Below are positions 47,225 to 54,708 of a stretch of DNA of 64,000 bases, piece after piece. This DNA comes from an uncultured Acidobacteriaceae bacterium. Lineage in GTDB: Bacteria > Acidobacteriota > Terriglobia > Terriglobales > Acidobacteriaceae. The stretch lies in the NCBI GenBank assembly GCA_963784095.1, contig CAWAQC010000012.1:281832-345831 (forward strand). Direction: 5' to 3'. The stretch's first letter is position 1; each line of letters starts with the position of its first letter. The position numbers and the translations under genes are program-made. The notes under the pieces were generated by a model. It saw nothing but the letters and a program-made list of their open reading frames with translations, was not told the origin of the DNA and did not search any database.

Positions 47225-47566
47225 CTACCAGCGAGGCTCACGTGGCTGACGCGGATGGCCACGCTGGTCGTCACGGCCGCGCCCGCCGCCAAAACGTTGG
47301 CCTCCGCCGTTTGGCCGCTCGGATTTTGGTTTGGCTTCGTTGATCGTCAGTGTGCGCCCGCCCAGATCTGTTCCGTTCAATGCCGCAATCGCCTTGTCCC
47401 CTTCACTAGCGCTGGCCATTTCAACGAACGCGAATCCGCGTGATCGACCTGTGTCCCGATCCGTCACCATGGTGACCTTTTCCACGGGTCCGTGAGCTTC
47501 GAAAGCATTACGCAGTTCGGCTTCGGTAGTGCTGTGCGGCAGATTGCCAACATAAATGTTCTTCAT
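47225..47566 (-). CDS. RRM-domain RNA-binding protein with an RGG-rich tail
   Basis: RNP-2 IYVGNL, RNP-1 RGFAFVEM, and the tail GGGQRFGGGRGRDDQRG. Confidence 0.9.
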   Translation of the reverse strand: MKNIYVGNLPHSTTEAELRNAFEAHGPVEKVTMVTDRDTGRSRGFAFVEMASASEGDKAIAALNGTDLGGRTLTINEAKPKSERPNGGGQRFGGGRGRDDQRGHPRQPREPRW

Positions 47567-48180
47567 TGCATTTCCTCTCTAAGTAAATCGTCCAATGTTT
47601 TGGAAGGCGTGCGCTTCGACGAACGTTCTTTAAGATCGCGGGTCGGCGCCGGCTTGTCCCGCAGCGCCCGGCTGCGGGCTGAACATGCGGATCTAACCGC
47701 GGAGATTCGGCGGGAAGCTTCGAGGATGCTCCACGGGTGACTCGAATTTTTGAGATCCGCAGAAAGCGCAGCTTTCAGCTCACTAACCAGGACCTGGTCG
47801 TCGCTGCTTCCCAGTGAAGTGCTGACGACCGACAGCAGTGGAACATCCTCACTGGGCGAATCCGCAAGATATCCGGGTTCGCCGACAAGGAACGCCAACC
47901 GCTGCGGAGGGGTTGCGCCGCGAATATCTTCGCAAAACCTGTCGCGATATCCCGGCCCTTTCTCCATGTTGATCAAAACGAGGTCATACAAGTCGGCTTT
48001 CCACCAGGAACGGGCTTCATCGATGTCGGCGGCACAATCGACCTCGATACCCAATTTTCGCATGACCTCGGAGCGTATATCGCGCTTGTGGGTCGATGTA
48101 TCGACCAACAGAACTTTTTTCTTTTTGTTCGGGCCGGGAATGAGCATTGATAGCGGCAGGGCCGTCAGCGGGGTGTTCAT
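47563..48180 (-). CDS. receiver-domain (response regulator-like) protein with an uncharacterised C-terminal region
   Basis: KKKVLLVDTSTHKRDIRSEVMRKLGIEVDCAADIDEARSWWKADLYDLVLINM fits a CheY-like beta1-alpha1-beta2-alpha2-beta3 pattern with the phospho-acceptor Asp in DLVLIN. There are ATGA overlaps at both ends. Confidence 0.6.
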   Translation of the reverse strand: MNTPLTALPLSMLIPGPNKKKKVLLVDTSTHKRDIRSEVMRKLGIEVDCAADIDEARSWWKADLYDLVLINMEKGPGYRDRFCEDIRGATPPQRLAFLVGEPGYLADSPSEDVPLLSVVSTSLGSSDDQVLVSELKAALSADLKNSSHPWSILEASRRISAVRSACSARSRALRDKPAPTRDLKERSSKRTPSKTLDDLLREEMQ

Positions 48181-48335
48181 GCCGGCACCGAGCCTGGCTT
48201 GGTGCGGAATGAAGCATCCTTCGCCTTGGGTTGTGCCGCGGCCCGAAGCAGCAGCTCACGGTTTCGCCTCCGTCGAGAGATCTTCTGTTTGCGCTCCCGG
48301 TTGAATCTTGACTTGTCACCATTGATAGCGGACAT
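48177..48335 (-). CDS. small highly basic hypothetical protein (52 aa), first gene of the coupled trio
   Basis: The ATG at 48335 is preceded by GGGAG. The sequence is MSAINGDKSRFNRERKQKISRRRRNRELLLRAAAQPKAKDASFRTKPGSVPA*. The stop overlaps the response-regulator ATG (ATGA). Confidence 0.4.
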   Translation of the reverse strand: MSAINGDKSRFNRERKQKISRRRRNRELLLRAAAQPKAKDASFRTKPGSVPA

Positions 48336-48642
48336 TAATGGACTCCCATGTAGGCTAGTTGTTGAACCGCAAGATCCTTGGCCTTCCCGTGGCGATATAG
48401 CGCTCGCGAGACATGCCAACTCACGTCAAGACGCGCGCTCTTGAGGTAGCAGGGTCTCGAACAGGGTAGCGTAGCGGATCAGGTGAAAATTGCCGCGATA
48501 AAATGTGCCTCTCGATCTCTCAATCGCGAAGGCGCGGGTGATTTTGGCGGCGTATCTTCGAGGTTAAGTATCCCGAGTATATCCTGTTTGAGGGCATCGT
48601 GGTTAACGATTGCGACGACCAGTAGTGCCTCAAATCCATTCA

Positions 48643-48716
48643 GCACGAAGTCACCCGAGGAACACTAAGGTTATGCTTCCCGCTTTCTTCGTTGAGCCTT
48701 GGTGCCCTTGCGGTAA
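48643..48716. repeat. CACGAAG-variant intergenic repeat
   Basis: gcacgaagtcacccgaggaacactaaggttatgcttcccgctttcttcgttgagccttggtgcccttgcggt is related to the copy at 18334-18416. Confidence 0.5.
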
Positions 48717-48821
48717 ATCTAGGACACCGCCCGGCGACCGGACGAATTGAGCTGTTGTAGCAACGTGATTTTGTCACCTAACGGCAACATGAAAATGTCA
48801 ACCTGGGGGAGCCAGGGTGTG

Positions 48822-49139
48822 TTACAGGCGCGTGTCGCCGTAGTAGAGGGAGACAGGGCCGTCGCGAGCTTGATAGAGATGGACTTTGGCCCCGGCGAAG
48901 CTGAAGCGTTGGCCCTGCTGGGGGATTTGAAAGCGCTGGCCCTCCCACTGGACGATGTTGTCGTTGCTCACCACGCGTTGGTGAACGAAGCAGCAGATGC
49001 GGTCCAGATTTTTCGGAGTCGGACGCCAGGCAGTTGGCATTTCGCGGGGGCGGTGAGCGAAGCGGCGGTTGTAGTCGGCAAGGAAGGTGCGGAGCACGGC
49101 GTTGGCGGAATCCAGATCGCGGGCTTGAGCCAGGCGCAA
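48822..49139 (-). pseudogene. transposase C-terminal fragment (DDE core missing)
   Basis: ...ANAVLRTFLADYNRRFAHRP...VVSNDNIVQWEGQRFQIP...AGAKVHLYQARDGPVSLYYGDTRL matches the post-catalytic C-terminal region of integrase-core transposases. Only ~105 bp separate it from the HTH fragment. Confidence 0.6.
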
Positions 49140-49244
49140 AAGTCGGCGCAGGGTTTCGCGGCTGAGGGAGAGGCCCTCGATCTCACAGAGTTTTTCGCAG
49201 AGGTGATGATCGTTGAAGCCGGCATAGGTGGTGCCTGCCAGAAA

Positions 49245-49460
49245 TCACGGCTTGGCGCTCGCGAGTGGGCAGGCGGCGCGGGCTGGGCCGTCCGCGGTTG
49301 GCGTGCGCCAGAGCCCCGCTCCGTGACCGCGCGTACGTTTCTTAAGACGTTCTACGTGTCGTTCGCTGAGCGCGAGCAGTTCGGCGGCTCTGGCGCACGC
49401 CATGTCTCCCTTAACGCAGCTCGATATTACGTTCACTCGTTGTAGTTCCTTCTGACTCAA
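49245..49460 (-). pseudogene. transposase N-terminal HTH fragment
   Basis: MSQKELQRVNVISSCVKGDMACARAAELLALSERHVERLKKR... is the typical N-terminus of IS481/ISNCY-type transposases. The frame degenerates after ~45 aa. Confidence 0.6.
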
Positions 49461-49582
49461 CGCGAATGTCCTTCCTCTCCTGGGGTGACATTTTCACGTT
49501 GCTGTTAGGGGTGACAGAATTACGGAGCTAAAACAACAATCGGAAAGAAGCTTCGCGGAATTCGGCGTCGTTGTTACAATAA

Positions 49583-52006
49583 GTGCTCTGTCCTCAGTGC
49601 GGCGAGCGCGCCGTCGGACGGGCGATAACTTTGGAGCCTTCAAACCACCAACCGAGCGCGTCCCCCAGCGTGTCTGCGGAAGTGTCGGCTGTGGCGCACC
49701 CCACGGTGTTTTGGCGAGTTGAGGGCAGCCTGCTTGATCTGACCGTGGTGCGCCCGGTCGCGTTCTTCACCTGGAACGCGCAGACCTTCACCGAAAGATT
49801 TCGCCGGCGCGGCCTGATCTTTCTGTTGGCGGCGCTGCGTCCCTTTCTTTATTCCACCAATCGCATATTTGCCACACGCGTGGTGCATACCGCCCTGCGC
49901 GGCGTGACCCGCGACCGGCTCGATCTGCTGGGCGAAGAGTATTTCCAATACAAATTGAAGCCCCGGCTGAAGCCGAGCGGAGTAAAACGCGTCCAGGAAT
50001 TGGTACGGTCGGGCCTCGACGTGGTGCTGGTGAGCCAGGCGCTCGACCATGTGATGCGGCCGCTGGCACAACATCTCGGGGTAAGGCACATTGTGGCAAA
50101 CCGCTTGGAGTTTCGCGACGGCGTGGCAACCGGAAGGCTGCTCGATCCGGTGATCCGCCCGCGCGGCGCGTTTGCCAAACTGAGAGATCAGAGTCCCGAT
50201 GGTCGCCGCGCTCCCAAAACACTTGCTCGCCAGCTCGATATCACGGTAGACCAGCTGCGAGCGGCAAGCGCTAGTTCCAGCAGGGAAGTGAAAGCCCTCG
50301 AACGTCCGATTGTGCATTTTGATGGTCCGCGGCATGAGTCAGCATTTTCGGTGCGCCGAGCTCTAGCAGGCAAGCACCTGATGTTGATCGGCGTAACCGG
50401 GTTCATCGGCAAGATCTGGCTGGCGAATACGCTGACCGATTTGCCGGAAGTTGGACGGATATATCTTCTGATCCGGCGGCAGAAATCCAATCCAGCGCAG
50501 AGCCGCTTTGAAAAAATCGTAGAAGAATCGCCCGTCTTCGATAGCTTGTTTGAGAAATACGGAATGGGTCTGGCCGAGTATCTGCGGCAAAAAGTTGAGG
50601 TGGTTGAGGGAGACGTCACGCAGCCCGGTTTGGGCCTAAACATTGAAACAGCGCGGCGCTTGCAGAAAAATCTTGATCTGGTGGTGAATAGTTCCGGATT
50701 GACAGACTTCAATCCGGACTTGCGCGATGCCCTGGCCACCAATACTGATGCCGCGATGAACATTCTGGAGTTCATTCGCGGAAGCGATCATGCGGGCCTG
50801 CTGCACCTCTCGACTTGTTATGTGGCGGGCGAACGCGATGGCCGCGTGACCGAGCGATTAATTCCGAACTACACTCCGCATCGCCTGGCAAACTTCGATG
50901 CAGAACAGGAATGGCGCGCGCTGCACGAATTCGTCGAGCACACTGAACAGCAAGCCGAAAGCGAAGAACTGACCGCCGATTTGCGTTCGCAGTCGCTATC
51001 CAACAAACATGCCGCAAAGAGTCTGCAGGGAGTGGCACTCGACAACCAGATTCGCAAGAACCGGATACGCTGGCTGAAGGCCTACCTGACGGAAGCAGGT
51101 ACGCGCCGCGCCAAAGAGTTGGGCTGGCCAAATACCTACACGCTGACGAAAAGTCTGGCCGAGTCGCTCATCGTGAAGCACGGTGCAGGCCTGCCGATTG
51201 CGGTGGTGCGTCCGGCGATTGTCGAAACCTCGGTGGCGAAACCATTCCCTGGATGGAATGAGGGGATTAACACTTCGGCATCGCTCTCGTATCTGTTGGG
51301 CACATATTTCCGGCAGTTGCCGTCGAACGAGAGAAAGCGATTGGACATTCTTCCGGTCGATGCGGTCTGCGCGGGAATGACCTTGATCGCCGCAGCCGTC
51401 GTGGAGCGTCGGCACGAGCCACTCTATCAACTAGCGACGTCGGTGACGAATCCATGCGATATGGGGCGCTCGATCGAACTCACATCTCTCGCCCACCGCA
51501 AGCATTACCGGGCGCAGGAAGGACTGGAGTCGTGGTTGAGATTGCGTTTCGACGCGATTCCGGTTTCGAAGACGCGCTATCAGCGAATGTCGGCACCGGC
51601 GCAGCGGGCAATTGTGAAGTCGATTCAGCGGATCATGTCTCCGCTGCCGCTGAAAAAAACTCCCCTGGCGAAAGCGGAACGAAATCTGGAACGGGTGGAA
51701 AAGCTCATCGAGTTATTCGAACCTTTTATTCTGCTGAACGAACACGACTTCGCGGCGGACAACGTCGAAAAGCTCTCACACGCTCTGCAAGAAGACGAGC
51801 GCGCCGACTTCGGTTACAATGCGCGCCAGCTCGACTGGTGGGATTACTGGATCAACGTGCACATTCCGGCGCTGCGCCGGTGGACCTATCCGCTGATCGA
51901 GGGCAGGCCGCTCGAAGTGCGACCCGCGCGCAGTTTGCAGCCGCGACCTTTGGAGAATGGTGACAACAGTGAGACGGTAAAGACCGGAACAGGCGGGAAT
52001 TGGTGA
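49583..52006 (+). CDS. fusion protein: degenerate HAD-IB-like domain + fatty acyl-CoA/ACP reductase (NAD_binding_4 + FAR C-terminal domain)
   Basis: The N-terminal ~250 aa have HAD-IB-like topology (VVLVSQALDHVMRPLAQHLGVRHIVANRLEFRDGVATGRL) but lack DxDxT. The reductase part has LMLIGVTGFIGKIWL (Rossmann), STCYVAG and NTYTLTKSLAE (YxxxK), plus a long helical C-terminal domain. Confidence 0.75.
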   Translation: MLCPQCGERAVGRAITLEPSNHQPSASPSVSAEVSAVAHPTVFWRVEGSLLDLTVVRPVAFFTWNAQTFTERFRRRGLIFLLAALRPFLYSTNRIFATRVVHTALRGVTRDRLDLLGEEYFQYKLKPRLKPSGVKRVQELVRSGLDVVLVSQALDHVMRPLAQHLGVRHIVANRLEFRDGVATGRLLDPVIRPRGAFAKLRDQSPDGRRAPKTLARQLDITVDQLRAASASSSREVKALERPIVHFDGPRHESAFSVRRALAGKHLMLIGVTGFIGKIWLANTLTDLPEVGRIYLLIRRQKSNPAQSRFEKIVEESPVFDSLFEKYGMGLAEYLRQKVEVVEGDVTQPGLGLNIETARRLQKNLDLVVNSSGLTDFNPDLRDALATNTDAAMNILEFIRGSDHAGLLHLSTCYVAGERDGRVTERLIPNYTPHRLANFDAEQEWRALHEFVEHTEQQAESEELTADLRSQSLSNKHAAKSLQGVALDNQIRKNRIRWLKAYLTEAGTRRAKELGWPNTYTLTKSLAESLIVKHGAGLPIAVVRPAIVETSVAKPFPGWNEGINTSASLSYLLGTYFRQLPSNERKRLDILPVDAVCAGMTLIAAAVVERRHEPLYQLATSVTNPCDMGRSIELTSLAHRKHYRAQEGLESWLRLRFDAIPVSKTRYQRMSAPAQRAIVKSIQRIMSPLPLKKTPLAKAERNLERVEKLIELFEPFILLNEHDFAADNVEKLSHALQEDERADFGYNARQLDWWDYWINVHIPALRRWTYPLIEGRPLEVRPARSLQPRPLENGDNSETVKTGTGGNW

Positions 52007-53140
52007 ATGGCGATTTTTCTGACGGGATCGACGGGATACATCGGGGCGCACGTAGCCGCAAATCTGTTACGCGATCAAGGCGTCGCATTAAATGTGCTGG
52101 TGCGGGCCCGCGATTCAGGCGAGGCCGAAGCACGCCTGTGGCAGGCCTTGCAGTTGCATATGAACTTCAACGAATTTTCCGAATATCTGCAGACGCGCGT
52201 GCGCGTGTTTCGCGGAGATTTGACCGATCCGGGATTCGGCCTGGGACGGGATGAATACGACCGCCTCATCCACACCACAGATTCGGCAATTCATTGTGCG
52301 GCATCGCTGAACCGAAAGTCTGAGAAGAGTTGCCTCAACGTCAATCTGCGGGGCACACTCGAAGTGCTCACGCTGGGGCGGCACATCGAGCACTATCACG
52401 GATTAAGGCGCTTCAGCCTGGTCAGCACGGTGGCAGTAGCCGGGAAACGGCAAAATGAAGTCGTTAGCGAAGACCGTTCCATCGATTGGGAACGTTCCGA
52501 CTACGATCCGTACGCAAGAACCAAAAAGTTCTCCGAACACATGCTGCGAATGCTATTGCCGGATACTCCAAAGATCATTTTTCGTCCCAGCATTGTGCTC
52601 GGCGACAGCCGCTACGCGGAAACAACGCAGTTCGAGATGGTCAAGGCGTTCGCATTCCTTGCAGGTTTGCCGGTGCTGCCGTTTCGGCCGACCGATAAAA
52701 TCGACATTGTGAATGTGGACTTCGTAGCCGAGGCCATTGCCACGCTGCATCAAAAGCCCCAACCCGAGCACGATACCTATCATCTGTCGTCGGGAATCGA
52801 GTCGCAGAGTTTTCGCGAGATCACACACGCACTGGCTGGCGCGCAAAACAAGCGCGCCCCGGTCTTCGTGCCGGTCGCCGAAAAGCCATTTTCATCCTCC
52901 GTGAATTTTTTTGCGAACCGTAACGGAGCAATCAGTAAGAGCGCCTCGCTGATGAAGGTATTCATGCCGTATCTGGTGTGGAATACGGTGTTCGACAATC
53001 GGCGCGTTACCCAGGAGTTGGGCAAAAAACCGGTGCCATTCTCGCAATATTCTTATCCGCTATTAAAGTTTAGCCGCGAAAACGATTTCCACTATCCCTA
53101 TCAGCCCTGGCCCGCTGTAGTGGGGGGTACGGCAGCATGA
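52007..53140 (+). CDS. thioester-reductase-type SDR (NAD_binding_4 family)
   Basis: [16 protein letters not shown] (Rossmann), HCAASLN and [11 protein letters not shown] (YxxxK). The ATG immediately follows the upstream TGA (TGAATG). Confidence 0.75.
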   Translation: MAIFLTGSTGYIGAHVAANLLRDQGVALNVLVRARDSGEAEARLWQALQLHMNFNEFSEYLQTRVRVFRGDLTDPGFGLGRDEYDRLIHTTDSAIHCAASLNRKSEKSCLNVNLRGTLEVLTLGRHIEHYHGLRRFSLVSTVAVAGKRQNEVVSEDRSIDWERSDYDPYARTKKFSEHMLRMLLPDTPKIIFRPSIVLGDSRYAETTQFEMVKAFAFLAGLPVLPFRPTDKIDIVNVDFVAEAIATLHQKPQPEHDTYHLSSGIESQSFREITHALAGAQNKRAPVFVPVAEKPFSSSVNFFANRNGAISKSASLMKVFMPYLVWNTVFDNRRVTQELGKKPVPFSQYSYPLLKFSRENDFHYPYQPWPAVVGGTAA

Positions 53141-54546
53141 TGGATTTCATTCTGGAAGCCTGGGTCAGCGGTTCCATTGAGCGCGCGAAAGCCGCATGGA
53201 TGCTTGGCGGAGACCAGCGCTGGAAGCCCGGAGAAACGCTGAAGCTCTTGTTTGCTGGCTACAACGGCACGCGCAACATGGGTTCCGATGTGCGCGTGGA
53301 AGAAATGCTGCGCCAGATTCGGCACATTCTTGGCGCGGAGCGAGTTGAGTTCAGCGTGATGAGCCAGAACTTCGATTTCTCGCGCGGATATTTCGAGGGC
53401 ACAAGACAAGTGCATTTGCCCGATATTTTTCCGCCGTTCCTTGCCGATGAAGTTCCCAGGCACGATGGGGTTGTGGCCTGCGAAGGCTCGATGTTCAAGA
53501 GCAAGTTTGCCAATGCGCTGACCACGATGATGATTGGCTCTTTGGGAATTGCGGCGGCGCAGAACAAATTATCCGTGGGATACGGCGCGGAAGCCGGACA
53601 TATGGATTCATTGGTGGCAAAGATGTGCGGCCGCTACTGCAAGAATTCTTTTGTTATTACGCGCAACGAGGAATCGCGTACCGTACTGCGCGAGTTGGGC
53701 GTCCCGACCGAATTAGGAACCGACACTGCGTGGACCTTTGAGCCGCGTGCGCCCGAGTATGGCCAAAGCGTTTTGCGAAAGGTAGGTTGGGACGGCCAAA
53801 CGCCGGTGCTGGTCGTATGCCCGATCAATCCCTTTGAATGGCCGGTGAAGGCTTCTGTTGCCAAGTATGCGCTGCGTACTTTTACAGGCGCGTACAAAGA
53901 CAGCCATTACCGCACGGTGTATTTCCATAATTCAGGTCCGGCAGCGAGTGAGGCATATCGAAAATACTGGACAGCGATTGCCAATGCTGTAGATGCGTTT
54001 CGAAAACGGAAAAGTGTTTTTGTGATTCTGGTTGCGACCGAGCGCCTCGATGCGCGCCCGGCGCGGCGCATCGCAGAAAAGCTGGGCGGTGTTCCTGTCC
54101 TCACCTCAGACGAATACAACATGTACGAGTTGGTGAGCGTGTTGCGCGCCTGCCACATGATGGTGTCGTCGCGCTATCACGGGATTGTGACCTCGATGCC
54201 GGGTTTGGTGCCATCGGCAGGCATTACGATGGACGAGCGTATTCGAAACCTCATGCGCGAACGCGCGCATCAGGACTTGCTGATGACCGTGGATGATCCG
54301 GAGCTTGAAGGAAAATTGCTAGCCGCACTCGAGAAGCTAAGCCGGGAAGGCGAAACCATCGCCGACGGAATCGCGCGTACAGTCGTGAGAAATCTAAGAG
54401 TCATGGCTCGCATGGGCGTGTATTTCGAAGAGGAAGTGGAGCGTAGATATCCCGAATTTGAAACCAGGCGTGGAGAGTGGAGCTGGGAAGATTATTTGCC
54501 GCCAATGAGCTCAGGCCTGAAGCAGTTGATTGCGGCGTATAGCTAG
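53137..54546 (+). CDS. polysaccharide pyruvyl transferase family protein
   Basis: [22 protein letters not shown] (GxxNxGD-type N-terminal motif) and [19 protein letters not shown] (RxH motif) resemble the CsaB/WcaK family. There is a 4-bp overlap with the upstream gene. Confidence 0.6.
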   Translation: MMDFILEAWVSGSIERAKAAWMLGGDQRWKPGETLKLLFAGYNGTRNMGSDVRVEEMLRQIRHILGAERVEFSVMSQNFDFSRGYFEGTRQVHLPDIFPPFLADEVPRHDGVVACEGSMFKSKFANALTTMMIGSLGIAAAQNKLSVGYGAEAGHMDSLVAKMCGRYCKNSFVITRNEESRTVLRELGVPTELGTDTAWTFEPRAPEYGQSVLRKVGWDGQTPVLVVCPINPFEWPVKASVAKYALRTFTGAYKDSHYRTVYFHNSGPAASEAYRKYWTAIANAVDAFRKRKSVFVILVATERLDARPARRIAEKLGGVPVLTSDEYNMYELVSVLRACHMMVSSRYHGIVTSMPGLVPSAGITMDERIRNLMRERAHQDLLMTVDDPELEGKLLAALEKLSREGETIADGIARTVVRNLRVMARMGVYFEEEVERRYPEFETRRGEWSWEDYLPPMSSGLKQLIAAYS

Positions 54547-54600
54547 CCTTTTGGCGATCTTCGCGGAACTTTCGCGTGCTTCGCGGTTCAAGCCTTTTGG
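54545..54600. repeat. CGCGAAG-family mini-element flanked by a 10-bp direct repeat
   Basis: agccttttgg (54545-54554) - cgatcttcgcggaactttcgcgtgcttcgcggttca - agccttttgg (54591-54600). It sits in the spacer between operon genes 3 and 4. Confidence 0.6.
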
Positions 54601-54708
54601 TTTTGCGTGAGGTAAGGCGAGTAGGATGTCTTGCTTTGATTGGATGCAGTTTTATACACGAGCCCGGATGGCTACATTTTGAGCACATTGATCCCTTTTA
54701 TCGGCGAA

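Larger units (their letters stand above)
48772..49516. mobile_element. internally deleted IS element (IS481/ISNCY-like) with intact terminal inverted repeats
   Basis: Left end tgtcacctaacggcaacatgaaaatgtcaacc (48772-48803). The right end at 49482-49516 has reverse complement tgtcacccctaacagcaacgtgaaaatgtcacccc. These are ~32-bp TIRs with TG...CA tips. Between them lie only N- and C-terminal transposase fragments. Confidence 0.7.

Noticed and set aside
48480-48660. Minus-strand frame reading ...VLNGFEALLVVAIVNHDALKQDILG... could be a decayed receiver-domain fragment next to the IS remnant
   Set aside because: The similarity is limited to a short MxGFE-like string. There is no start codon or continuing frame, so it is too weak to call a pseudogene.
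48747-49445. 232-aa plus-strand ORF spanning the IS remnant
   Set aside because: The minus strand encodes recognisable transposase N- and C-terminal fragments, and the plus-strand ORF is their antisense shadow.
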